Of a stretch of 64,000 nucleotides of DNA, positions 49,301-61,400 are shown piece after piece. Position 1 is the stretch's first letter, and each line of letters starts with the position of its first letter. The DNA lies in the NCBI RefSeq assembly GCF_009834535.1, contig NC_045697.1, positions 13,456,001 to 13,520,000 on the forward strand, in the 5' to 3' direction. The translations under genes were made by a program, and so were the position numbers. Origin of the DNA: Camelus ferus. Its lineage: Eukaryota. The notes beneath the pieces are model-generated. The model was not told the DNA's origin and ran no database searches. It saw only the letters and a program-made list of their open reading frames with translations.

Positions 49301-52300
49301 TATTGCAAAACTCTACCTTGAGAAAAATTATATTGATGATTTTTTTAATTTGAAGTATAGTCAGTTACTATATTGATAAAATTTTGATTTGAATTATCAT
49401 GTTTTAAAGCGAACTCTAATAATATATAAAGCGGCTCTTGGAATGGAGGAGAAGATAAATTAACGATGTAGTCTGTGATGTTAAGAGGTATAAAAAGTGC
49501 TTCTCCTGTTGTGGGTGAAAGAAAAACCAAAGAGAAAAAGAGAAGTCATTGGCCATCCACCAAAATCTAACCCTGAAAGTTTGGCGTTTCCAAAAATCTG
49601 ATATGCCGTTTCCCAGAGCAGTATGAGGTTTGAAAATGAGATGATTGTGCCTGGAGAGGAAATGGGTGTGGGTTTTGTGGCTTCCAGACAGAGGAAGGGA
49701 AAATCTTTGTGTCTCAGGCCAGGATCGTGTTTTCTCAGGCTTGGGGATGTTGATGGGACTTAGACAAAGACAAGAAGACAACCTGATTATCAGCCTTTTA
49801 TCTCTCCTCCTTCAGGTCCCTCCACAAGCAGTTGGGCATGGAGGAAGGCAGAAGGGGAAGTAAAGGGGTCATCTTTTAATGTCTCGAAGCCCGATTCAAA
49901 ATGTCATACAAGCAGCTAAGAGGGATAAAGAGAAAGGAAGTCTATTGGAGTTTACGGAAAGCGGAAGAGGAAGGGAGTCTTTGAAAAGCCATCATAATAA
50001 TCAGTAATCCATCCGACATCTGGCAAGGAGGTACATTGGCGGGGGGCAATCGAGATGAGGAACAGAACTTTGATTTCTACTTTTTCTCTGATGGTGTATG
50101 TTTAGCACCTACATTTTAAACACAGGAAGATCTTTGGGAATTCACTCTTCTCCGAGAGTTTGTTTCATGGGATACAGGAAACATCTGGCGTAAGATCAAG
50201 TGGGTTTAATGGCCGCCCAGACAACTGGTGGTTATACTGTCTTGTTATGGATCTATAATGAGTAGTTAAAATTCATTTGAGGGTTCCTTAAATGTATGTG
50301 ACTATGTGAGCTTTTCTCAGAATCCAGCCTGAAACAAGACAAAATGTACCTCAAAACACATGTCAGACGAGGGAACAGAATCCTAAACTACCTACCTATA
50401 GTGAAAGACTAATTTATTAAAGTTAAAGGGAACCTTCAATGTATTAGAATTACTAAAATGAAGTTGTTTATTTCAACATACTTTGTAATATTATGAGAAA
50501 TACCTCTGTTAATTAAACTTACTCTATTTCTTTATTCCCTAGTTTCAGGTAACCTATAGCAAATTAAGTCAGAAATCAAGATAATTTCCAAAATACCTTT
50601 AAGATGGCCCTTTGAGGACCCATCTTTTTAACCCTGTGTGAGGATAATTTGATAATTTGCTGGTTTATAATTAGGCCCCTTAAAAAGCCAGGATACATAT
50701 GCAAGGAGGAAACAGGGCAAAGTAAAAATAACAAGTATTTATTAAACACATATTTTTATAATTATGCTGTTATAGATTAAGAGCCTTAAAATACTGCATA
50801 TCCTTTGATGAACTGAGCCAAAATGGATCATACACAAAATTATTCATTACATTAGTAATAAGAAAGAAAAATTGTGATCCACTTAAGTATCCACATAGAA
50901 ATCCACCAAATGATTCTGAGGTTCATGTAGTGGGACACTGCATAGCTAATACAAATCGTATGCTCAAAAATAAAGTAAGATATATATGAATAAAATAAAG
51001 TAAGAGTATTCACTATGTAATATTAACATTACTTTTCCTTCAGAGGGTTATAAAACTATATGTAGCATGACTTCAATCTTTTGTGTGTAGATGGATGGAG
51101 AAATGGAGACGGGGCATTTACAAGAGCAGTGACGGTTCCTGCCACACAATGCTACCAGCAAAGGGTCTCTTTAGTATAGCTTAGCAGGTGTTCTAACAAT
51201 TGGAGGGACTTACCTTCATGAGTAGACAAAGGAAAATACAAATTTCAGGGGGTTATAACTCAGGAATAAATAGATGAATCTATGCAGAGTGAAATTTGCA
51301 AAGCCCTACAGATGAGAGGAGTTGGGTGTTGGATTGCAAGGAATTCCATTTAGAGATGAAAAGTCACATTATTTAACCAAGATATTTGTGTAAGGAGGGA
51401 TTTGTTAAACAAAGGACTGTAAAGTTTATGTTATTAGGGACCATAATTCATCATTTGGTGTATTGTAAATAGTAATAAAATAACAGTAACACTGGCAAAA
51501 ATAATAATAGCTACCTTTATTCAGTGCAGGCAGGCAGCAGTGTGAGCGTTTTGCATGAATTAATTCACTGATGCCTTAAAGCAACCATATGGTTGTACAG
51601 AGGAGGAAACTGATACACAGGGTTTAAAATGGGTGGTTGATGATAGATAGGTGTGTGTTTAAACAGATGCGTGTGTTCGTGTGTGTGTACAGCACTCAGG
51701 ACTGCACACTCAGCTAGCAAGGAGGAGAGCTGATACGTAGCAGCTCTGACTTCAGACTGCAGCTCTTTTTTATCACTTTTATCTTTACCATTAAACTATG
51801 TAGACTATACTAAACCCTTCTAGCTGGAAGTGGTGTTTCTAATCAGAGATACAAATAGCATTTTTGGATCTGTGTGAGTAACATGACACATGCTCGGATC
51901 TCCTAAATGAAGGAGGTTTCTCATTTCAGGAAATGGCAGAAAAAGACTAAACACATAGTAGCAAAAACTGGAGAAAAGGAACCTGCCGTTCACTTTGGGT
52001 ATCTTTCTTCATCTACTTCACAGTCTCTCAGAGCGCCAGTCCGGATAGAGGTTGAGTTCCCCATCAGGGCTGGAGAAGCAGTAGGAAAAGCGGAGGGGGA
52101 GGTATCAGACAGAAGGGAGCCCAGAGCTCTGTACAATCTTTACCTTTTTACATGCCGTGAACAACAATGCCCTGCGAAAACTTGCACTCACCCCACCCTA
52201 GTTGCTAACTTGGTTTGTTGAACTTATAGCCACAGAGTGTGTTAGTGCTTCTGTTTTTCTTGTTATCCAATCACATAGAGTATGACACAGTCGGTCATGT

Positions 52301-52636
52301 TGTGGTTTTAAGACTTAAATCAGAGTACACAGCTGTGCTCTGCTCTTACTGCTACTTGGGACATAAAGAAGTCAAGGTCAGTAAAGGACTGGTATGGTCT
52401 AAACGGGAGACTCTACTCTTTATTCCACAAATTTCTCAGGATTAAACCATAATGAGTATAAAAGTGTCAAACGCAGAGAGATAACTGCACAGTAAAATTT
52501 CAATAAATTCAAGATTTTATTCTTTTCCCTGGTCTTCACCATTCTTTGGGAGTGAGAAAAGGGCAGAAAATGGAGTGATTAAGAACTCAAGCTGCAAACA
52601 GGACTGCTTTGTCCAAATTCAATCTCCACCTCCTAT

Positions 52637-53279
52637 TGAGACAGGATGGAAGGGGGCAGGGCACAGCCATTCAAGGAATGACAGCAATTAACACCAAAAT
52701 AGTGGAAAATTCAACTGCCAGTTGGCCCTGAAGATTAAGATGCCGGGAGGTTTGACTTCTAGTAGACCTTGAGCTTCATTATATGCTTATTGTAACAGCA
52801 TGATCAATAACATGCCCGCAGGCATCATGACAGCCCCAAGGCTAACCACAAAAGGTCAAAGAGTGGGCAGTGGTCAGATTCCTGGGAATCCCAGCCCCTT
52901 CCCCAGGGCAGTTGGAATGGTCCCACCTGTAAGCACGTGAAGCTACAGAGCCCATAAAAACTGACACCACCACACCTAGCTGCCCTTTATCGCTCCCTTA
53001 TTTTCGGAGACGGCTCGCACTCTGTCTATGGAGTGTGTACCTACTTTTACTTTAACCTGAGCACCTGATTCCCACACCTCTTTCCTTGTCTTTCTCTTGC
53101 CTTACACTCTATGCAGTACGTATCTCTCTAAATAAATCTACCTTTACTCAACTGTGGCTCGCACTCGAATTCTTTCCTGCGGAAGCCAAGGACCCACACT
53201 TTGCAGGGCACGTCCCAGGGGCTCCACCAAGACCTGGGACACGGCCCTCCTCATGCCCCACATTTGTTTTCCAGCATCA
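52637..53279 (+). mobile_element. MER41-like ERV1 solo LTR (643 bp)
   Basis: TG...CA ends, perfect TSD CTAT (52633-52636 and 53280-53283), TATA-like CATAAAAA at about 52953 and AATAAA at 53131. MER41-type blocks: TCATTATATGC, CATGACAG, CTGTCTATGGAGT, GAATTCTTTCCTGC. Confidence 0.88.
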
Positions 53280-53350
53280 CTATCAGAAGTCATTTTTAGG
53301 GTATCTACCCAGCCTCTCTGTGCGTCTGGTCTATGAAATGGGGATAGTGA

Positions 53351-53945
53351 TGTTACTGGGAAATAGGTTCTGGTCTCATGCAAGAAAGAATTCAGGAGCG
53401 AGGTTTAGTAAAGTGAAAATATATTTGCTGAGGGAAATACATACTCCATAGACAGAATGTGGTCTGTCTCACTCAGAACAGAGCTGCTTAGGAGACAGAT
53501 ATTTTAGAGGCAGAATATGGGCCATCTCAGAAGTCAAGAGGAAGAGAGACCATGAGGTGTGGGAGTGTTTCATTTAAAGTAAAAGCAGATACACACACCA
53601 CAGACAGAGTGCAGGCCATCTCAGAAGGCAAGAAAGAGAGTGACCACAGGGTATGTGGTCATTAGTTTTTATGAACTGAGTAATTTCATATGCTAATGAG
53701 TAGGAGAATTATTCCAACTATGTTGGGGAAGGGGCAAAGATTTCCAGGAACTGTACCTCCCACCCACTTTTGGACCTTTTATGGTCAGCCTGGGAACTGT
53801 CATGGTGCCTGTGGGTGTGCCATGAGGCTCAAGGTCTACTGGAAGTCAAACTTTCCGCCATCTTGTTTCTAACCAGTTTCTCCAGTCCTCAATTGCTGTG
53901 TAATTCCTTCAATGGTTGTGTCTTGCCCCCTTCCCTCCTATCTCA
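53351..53945 (-). mobile_element. Second MER41-like ERV1 solo LTR (595 bp), inverted
   Basis: The minus strand reads TGAGATAGGAGG...CAAGATGGCGG...GAATTCTTTCTTGC...CCAGTAACA. Perfect TSD GTGA lies at 53347-53350 and 53946-53949. Confidence 0.88.
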
Positions 53946-54784
53946 GTGATACCGGCTAATTCATCGAGCTGTTTAAGAATAAAGTTAGTTAGCCCACGTA
54001 AAGTACTTAGAGTTGTACGCTGGTATTCAGCACATAGTAAATGCTCCCAATATGGTGGTATTATAACTTATTCCAGGGAACATTTTAATGGAGGCCTTCA
54101 TCTTGGCTTAGTCATAAGATGAAATAATTTGGATTAAAGAGGACCCTTTTCTAATCCTCTAGAAACCTGGCTTCCTCATAAGAAGGTGCATCCTGTTCTT
54201 GGAGGCAAGAAGAAATGATGACGTGTGAATTAAAGAAAGATTGTACAGAGATTTCCAATGATTTTGTTTTCCTGTGGCTCCTGGTAGTAAAACCAGTCCA
54301 GACATTGTAGAATTATGGAGAGAAATATAAATGACAGATGATAGAAAGGGATTTTAGCCAAGGCACTAAATAACTGTTTGCAATTATAGACTGCTTAGTT
54401 TAGAGCAGTTACTCTTAAAAGCACTTTATGGGAATTAAATTGTTTAATGCTCACAGTATGGCTCTACCAGTGGGTTTTAAACATTTTATGAATTAGAAAA
54501 TTATGAGAAAGAGAAGTAAAATGACTTACTTAAGTTTACACAGATGGAAGCAGAGCCAGATTTCTAATCAAGAAGGACTGAACCCAAGCTTATCACCCCT
54601 ACGTTCTGTTGCTTCTTTTTGCTTGCCAGTGCAATTAAAATCAATGGAAATATATAGAAAAATTAATATGCCATCATGCTCTAGTGGAGATCTTAGATCA
54701 CAAAATATGAGTCATCTTCCTCATGTAGAGTATATAAAACTGATATTATCAAAAGAAAATTAAGACATTACAAAGCATAGAGTC

Positions 54785-55032
54785 CCCCCAAATTCCAGAA
54801 ATTTCCAAAAAGCGAAACTTGAATTTATCATGAGCTGGCAACTATTTACGTATCATTTAGATTGTATTAGGTATTATAATTAATGTAGAGATAATTGAAA
54901 GTATGCCAAAGGATGTGCATAGATTATATGCAAACACTAAGTCATTTTATATAAGTGACTTGATCATCTGCAGATTTTGGTGTCTGCGAGGTATCTTGAA
55001 ATCAATTCCCTAAAGACCAAAGGATGACAGTG
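54785..55032. mobile_element. Tigger3/MER7-like TcMar-Tigger fragment
   Basis: AAAAGCGAAACTTGAATTT, TTGTATTAGGTATTATAA, GGATGTGCATAGATTATATGCAAACACTA and GATTTTGGTGTCTGCG. Confidence 0.85.
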
Positions 55033-57144
55033 TCTGTAAAATCCAGAAGAAAAAAAAACTTGAAAACAAGAGCAAGAGGAAGATATTTCATACTTTAAAT
55101 AAATAAGCTTCAAATGGTTAATAGATAAAAAGTAGTCACTGATTTTTTTTTGAGAGTAAGTGCACCTCACAGGAAATACTCACACTGGGTCTATATATCA
55201 TGGATCCCTCTGGTTGTTTTGCTGACAAGGAACTGATTTTTGTAACTGACCTGAATTGTTAAGCTAAGCATTTATCAAAGGTACAAGCGTAGAGTACAGA
55301 TCAATAGTTGTAAACAGTAGGGGTTTGAACTTTAATATAAGCAAGAACTTTGTAACAGCCAGACTTACCCAAATCCTGATTGTACCTGGGGAGTTAACGA
55401 ACCAAAGCTCTTGAGGGCATGCAGGCTGACCCAGATGACCCTTTGATAGGAATTACAGATCCAGAATTGGGTAGGCTATTTCGTTATCTGATATGTAAAT
55501 GGCCTCCTAAGCCCGATAGTCTAGGAAATCATTAATTCCGTCACTCATCATATCTTTCTTGAGAATCTATGTGTTCATCCCTGTGCTGAGTACCAGGAAA
55601 ATAAAATGTGGTCCTTGTTAGACATCACACTATCATATCTGTAAATATAGTATCTGGTGATGCCAGGATTTTTCTCCTTGATTTGTGCATACTGTTATAA
55701 GTCACTTAATTAAACACCTACTAAAAAAATTATTTCATATTGTTCTTTTTTTTTTTTTCAGTAGAGTTGGGAGGGAGGGGAAAGATTTCACAGAAAGTGT
55801 GTCTAGTTCAATATAGAAACAGAACTAAAAATCCTTAAAGAAATGAACTCTACAACAGGTGGGAAAAAAAAAAAAGAAAGAACCCTTCTTAAGAATATGA
55901 CAGCCATATCCATATTTCTGCTGCCAAACACATGTGTGCACATGCAGGAGGGCATGAAAACATTCTAACCTGGGCCAGAGGTAAGACTTAAACGGCGATC
56001 TCACACAGGGGCCCATCCACACGTGGACAATAAGGTCATCCCACTGTATTTTCCCGACACTTTATTGACAGTGTAATGGCATTTGATATCACTAAGACAT
56101 GGCTGTTTTGGAAGCTCTGGTGCATTATACAGAGAGGTGCACCGTGTGTGATGAGTCATGCTCAACAAATCTATTACCAATCCTTATACGGTCAGGATGA
56201 AAAAGAACAAGATCAAATAACAGACCGGGGGAGTGAGAAAGCTCTCATCACAGGCACGAGGGTACCTCCACTTTGTGTTAAAAGGAGCAGCATGCTCAAT
56301 TTTCCAACGAGTTCCAGTAATCTTCACTAGTTCAAGTCCTGGATCAGATGTTAGTCTGACAATACTTTCACTGGAGAAAAGGCGCTTTCCATCTGTGAGT
56401 CACGGTGCAGGAGGGATCATGTCTAAACCTTGTAGCCTCTTCTTGGTTACCGTGAGGTTTGGATGCCTGCCCAAAAGGAAGTTCAAGAAATAACATGACC
56501 AAGGCAAAAAGTTCGATGGGAAACTTTCAGAATATTTTGGAGGGAGGAGAGGAAAAACAATCTGAAATATGAGTATGGCCAGAAAATGAGTTCATTTATG
56601 TAACCCATGGTGACTGGCAGGAATTTGCTGGCTTTTACGAGCCCTTCCTCAATGAGGAAAACGGACACACCTCAAGGGAAATGAATCCTTAGAAGGAAAA
56701 GTATGTCCTTCCTCCCCACTCCGTGACTCGTGAAGAGAAAACCATCCCCACCGCTAGTCATAGTTTGACAAAGCAAATCTGCCCAGCACTCCCCAACATC
56801 CCTGTTTTCTGTGGGTGAGATGCCAACATCTGTCCACCACGCCTGTGAAACCTCCACACTCGGTCTCCATTTCCTGTTTTCCTTTCCTGCCATCAGTGCT
56901 TTCCCCTTCCCCCACACCAGCCCCCCTCCACTCAGCACACAGCTCGGACTAGCCTTCGTCACACTTCATCCTTTGACACGTGTTCTTCTCTGACCAGAAC
57001 CCCAGCCACATCGCACCTGCGTGGCAAAGTTCCACTCATCTCTCAAAATACAGCTCGAATGTTCTCTTTCACAGAAAGACATCCACGGGCAGCCTCCAGT
57101 CTGCCCCAGTTCATCACTGACTCTACCATGTGCCACCATTTAAT

Positions 57145-57385
57145 AAAAGCAAACCCTCTTTGCACTTACTTTGTACCAGGCACAATTCTAAGACATGTTT
57201 TATAAATTGACTCAGTCACTCCTCACAAGGATCCTATGGGGTAGCTGCTCATATTATCTCCATTTTACAGGTGAGGAGAAGGAGGCATACAGAGGATAAA
57301 TGACCTGCCCAGGATCACACTACGTGTACATAACAGAGCTGGAATCTGAACTCAGAAAGCATGCCCTTAGCAACCAGCTATGCGA
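57145..57385 (-). mobile_element. MIR SINE
   Basis: ATTATCTCCATTTTACAGGTGAGGAGAAGGAGGCATACAGAGGATAAATGACCTGCCCAGGATCACAC (MIR core). Confidence 0.8.
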
Positions 57386-58491
57386 CCTCTTTACTTGGTT
57401 CCTACCCCACACACAGCACGATCCACACTTTATCTCAAGTATGTGTTGGCCTGCCTGTCTCTGAAGTTAGGTGTCCATGCCTTGAGGGCAGGGTCTGAGC
57501 TGTATCTGTCTGCATTTTGAGTGCCCGTTGCAGGAACACAGAGACCAGGATCGCTGGTGATCACTGACCAGTAAGCAAGCAAACAGGAGCGTGGGGGGGA
57601 TGGCCGTACGCCACAGGCTTTGAGGTAGAAAATAAAGCATGAAAGGTCACCCTGGGCAAGCAATTTTATTCTGATTTGAGGGCTGTTTGAGGTTTGTGTG
57701 TGTTTGTTTGTGTTTTTCCAAGTAAAACGGAGCCACGGTGAATGATGTGGCAAAGAATTAAGGAAAGAGTGAAGAGAAATGACCAAGTTCTGATTTCCTA
57801 AAGAGTAAGAAGAGAACTCAGGGCTTAGACAAAAGGGCTGAGCACCTGGCCAGGAGGGAGAAGGCAGACCGCATCCCGGAGCTGGCTACCGTGTGATCTC
57901 TGCCTGAGGCTAGGCTGTGGTGACCACAGGTTTCAGGCCAGGGGAAGTTCTGGAAGGACTTCATTTGCCTGAGCTGATTTGTAGGGTAAGGCATGATGGA
58001 GACAACAGGGGGCCGGGGGTGTGGTTTGGAATGAAGGAGAAGAAAGATTCTGTTACCTTGGGACAGGTGGGGCCTCCTGGAGGACTGGGTCAGTTGCCTG
58101 CCCGGCCATGAGGTCCACTTCCAAGTTGTCTGAACACAGCATTCCCCAGCAATCCTTCCATAAATGACGCTGTGGGAGGCCAGGAGGTGCTGCTTCAGGA
58201 CACCTGTGAAGAAGGGCCACATGGAACTGGGAACAGTGTTCTCCCCCCTCAGTTGAGGAGGAGGGTTTGACAGCTGCCCAGTAAGACCTGTAGGAATTGG
58301 GGCGATGTGGGCACCAGAAGCTTTGGAAATGCCCTCAGGTTTTCCCTGAAGAAGGAAACTGTACCTTCTCCAGGAAGGGCTATTTGAAGAGTGTCTGTTT
58401 ACTTCTACCTCTGTCTCTCCACCATCACCCCCTCCACTGCCTTTCTTGTTGGAAGGAGTGAGATATCTGATGGCTGGAAATGGAGAGAGGC

Positions 58492-58499
58492 TGACGTCA
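58492..58499. promoter_or_regulatory. Full palindromic CRE (TGACGTCA), motif match only
   Basis: GCTGACGTCAC in a GC-richer, repeat-poor region. There is no functional evidence. Confidence 0.3.
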
Positions 58500-61400
58500 C
58501 TCAGTCTGTGCGCATAGATGTTGTGCAGTTTCTAACTGAAAGGCCGCGAGGCCATTCCTTCTCTTGTATGTTTTTGTTTCTGCTTTGCCTTGAATTGCCT
58601 GTTCTCAGGGAAGGATGGGGTCACCTTGAGCTCACGCTCTTGGAGATAAGCAGACTGAGCACGGCTGGCTGCTGGTCTCCGTTCTCTCTGTTCAGACCTC
58701 TTTCTCCATCTAAGGTTGGGTGGGTGATAAAGGCAGCCCTTTATGGGGCTCCTGGTAGTTTCAACATAGGACCAATACCTTAGGGCACTTCTTAAAGCTG
58801 TGAGTAACAACTGGATGCTCCAATCAAAATGTTAACAAGCTTATAATTTAATTCTCAGCTGGCCCCTTTTCCCTAAGGACTGGAACTTGGAGGGAAGGAG
58901 GGCTGTCCCCTGGCACATGGGGTCCTCCCACAGGGAATACCAGGTGCCAAAGATTATCTGTAAAGATGATGCTGGGGAATCACCTGCAGACCACGGAGGA
59001 TACTCACAAGGGAGCTGGGAGCATGTAAGTAAAGGCTGAGATGTGAGTTTAGCTGAGCTCATAAACCGGACTTCCAAACATAAGTGAGAAGACTTTGCTG
59101 GGAATGATGTGAACAAGCAGGGGCAAAAGTCAATGAAATGTGGGTTATTATACTACAATTAGTATCCCATAAAAAACCAGTGACTGGTCAGGTCCTGGGA
59201 AATATAGATTCTATTACATCGAAAGAACTGGGAGCAGATCTCCTGGCAGATATTCTGAGCTAACCTCGTCCTCCAAAAGAAATAAGCTGTTAAGTGAAAA
59301 GGGAAGCCTTTTGTAGAAAGTGACCTTGAGTTCTCTTGGCAAGAGAGTGAAGTTTGGAGACAAAGATCTGAGTTCAAATATCAAGTCCCTCATTAAGAGC
59401 TATGTGATTAGATGCAAATCCCCAGACTTCTCTGAGCCTCACTTTCCTAGAGAAAATCTGAGCTCCTTAATCACTCTCAGCCTTCTCTGATCATGCTATT
59501 AGACATGATAAAGGTAAATACCTTGACACTGCCTTCTGTAGGAAATTATAATAAATGAGAAATCTAACATACAAGAATTTTCATTTTGATTCTATCAGAA
59601 ATGTTGTAATGTCACATAACATTACTGGATGACAGACTTCAGAAAAAGCCTGAGCAAAGGAAAACTGATTTGCCTTTGACGCTCTACTGGACTGCTTTCA
59701 GGTTACAAATAAGATTAAGTTAGATAAAGTCTCTGAATCTCAGTGAGTTTATCTGGAACGTGGGACAAATAACCCCTAGACTGAAATCCTGAATGCTTGA
59801 TCTAGCCCCACCTGAGCAAATACTTAGCAATGACTTTGCATAGCACAGGCCTTCGTTTCCTACTTCTAAACAAAGGAGATAGAACTTTCCAAAGGCGATG
59901 TCTAGTTATAATGTTTGGTGGAACCAAGAATAAAGATTTTTATTTTCTGCAAGTGATTTAATCTGTTTTACTCAGTGGGAAAGCACTAAAGGCTATCATT
60001 TTGTTTTCCTTGGTTGAAGCTATTAACTGTAATTGCTTTCGTTAATAATACTTTACTTATTATAATAATCAACGCTCAATTTTTCTACTTATACCCTGGG
60101 GCCAGTTTGCAGAGGCACAATTTATAAATGGATGAAAAACAATTAATAACAACTAGAAAAACCATTAACGATCTTATCAAAAAAGCCCTATGTCGTCTCC
60201 GATTGCAAAATCACGCACAACACACAAAAGAACACTTGGCCACAGCTAGTGCTGTGGGTTCCCCAAATATTGACCAAATATGGAGTATTTCAATAGCGGA
60301 AACATAATGCTTCTGAAGACAATCTCCTCCTGGGCTTAACAGGTGATGTTTTTATTAATCTACTAAAGGTCAGATCATAAATACTATTATATTTCCTGTG
60401 GTGTGGAGCTTTCCAGGAGAGAAATCACAATAATGTAAAGAGAAAAATACTCCATCATCTCTCCATACAAGTGGTCCCTCACTGTGACCAGCAAGGTAGA
60501 AAGTGACAAGGTTACTCCCACACTGTCTTACCAGGCTACCTCCTTGCCTGTTGAACACACCCTTAACTCCAGACCACACTTCTGTTACTGAAACAGGTTT
60601 TAATGGGTTTTTTGGGGTTTTTTTTTTTTGCCTAGAACCCTTTATTTACTCTCTCTTTTGCCTGGAACAACTTTTCCAGAAATAACTTCTTGTATTCAGG
60701 CCTTGGCTCTGATATACCTTCCACTGACCCTCTCCTAAGGCTGCTCTCAAAAAACCCTGTCACTCTTTATTACGATCTCTATTACTGCCTGAAAATACTG
60801 AAGGACTCACTCAGTGTCCGCCTTACTCCTGTATCCCCAACACCTCCATCAGGGCCAGAATCATAGCAAGGAAGCACCCCATCAATGTTTGCTGAGTGGA
60901 CGGGCTAGATACATTAGTGAATTCTCACTAGCTGTTGGGACAAGGCAAATCATTACCTTCTCATGCCTTTTCTGTCTGGAGAAGAGCAGCTGCTAATGGT
61001 TCTTTTCTCCTCTATTCCCATCCCATTCATCCCCTTTCTCTTCCTTCTCGTCTGTAGCTTCATCATGAGAAGCGTGGGCTCATGTGCCCAGCAGTCTGTG
61101 TTTGAGTTTAGAACATACTCAGTTGTAGATCCACGAGGGCAAGTGTTTGTCAGTTTCGTTCACATTTCTAGGGCTCTCGGAGAGCTAGCAGGTGCTCAAT
61201 GTTTGTTACCAAATGAGAAAAATTTTTTAATGAATGAGTGTTTTCCGCTTTTCCACTTTCTAGCTGAGCGATGTCAGACAGTTTACTTTAACCTCTCTAA
61301 CTTCATTTTCCTCACAGAAACAATTTAAAAATTCTCTCTGCCCCATGAGGTTATTGTAAGGATCAAAGGAGACCAGCTAAACCCCAAGAGAGTAAGCTTT

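Larger units (their letters stand above)
52572..54066 (+). mobile_element. Single MIR split into three pieces (about 52572-52636, 53284-53350, 53950-54066) by two LTR insertions
   Basis: Removing the LTRs gives a colinear MIR: GAGTGATTAAGAAC, then CCTCTCTGTGC...CTATGAAATGGGGATAGTGA, then GTAAAGTACTTAGAG...GCACATAGTAAATGCTC. Confidence 0.7.

Noticed and set aside
50968..51006. AAAATAAAGTAAGA direct repeat
   Set aside because: Low-complexity A-rich local duplication.
52637..53945. Single provirus or a DNA transposon with long terminal inverted repeats
   Set aside because: The LTRs are in opposite orientation, each has its own TSD, and only MIR sequence lies between them.
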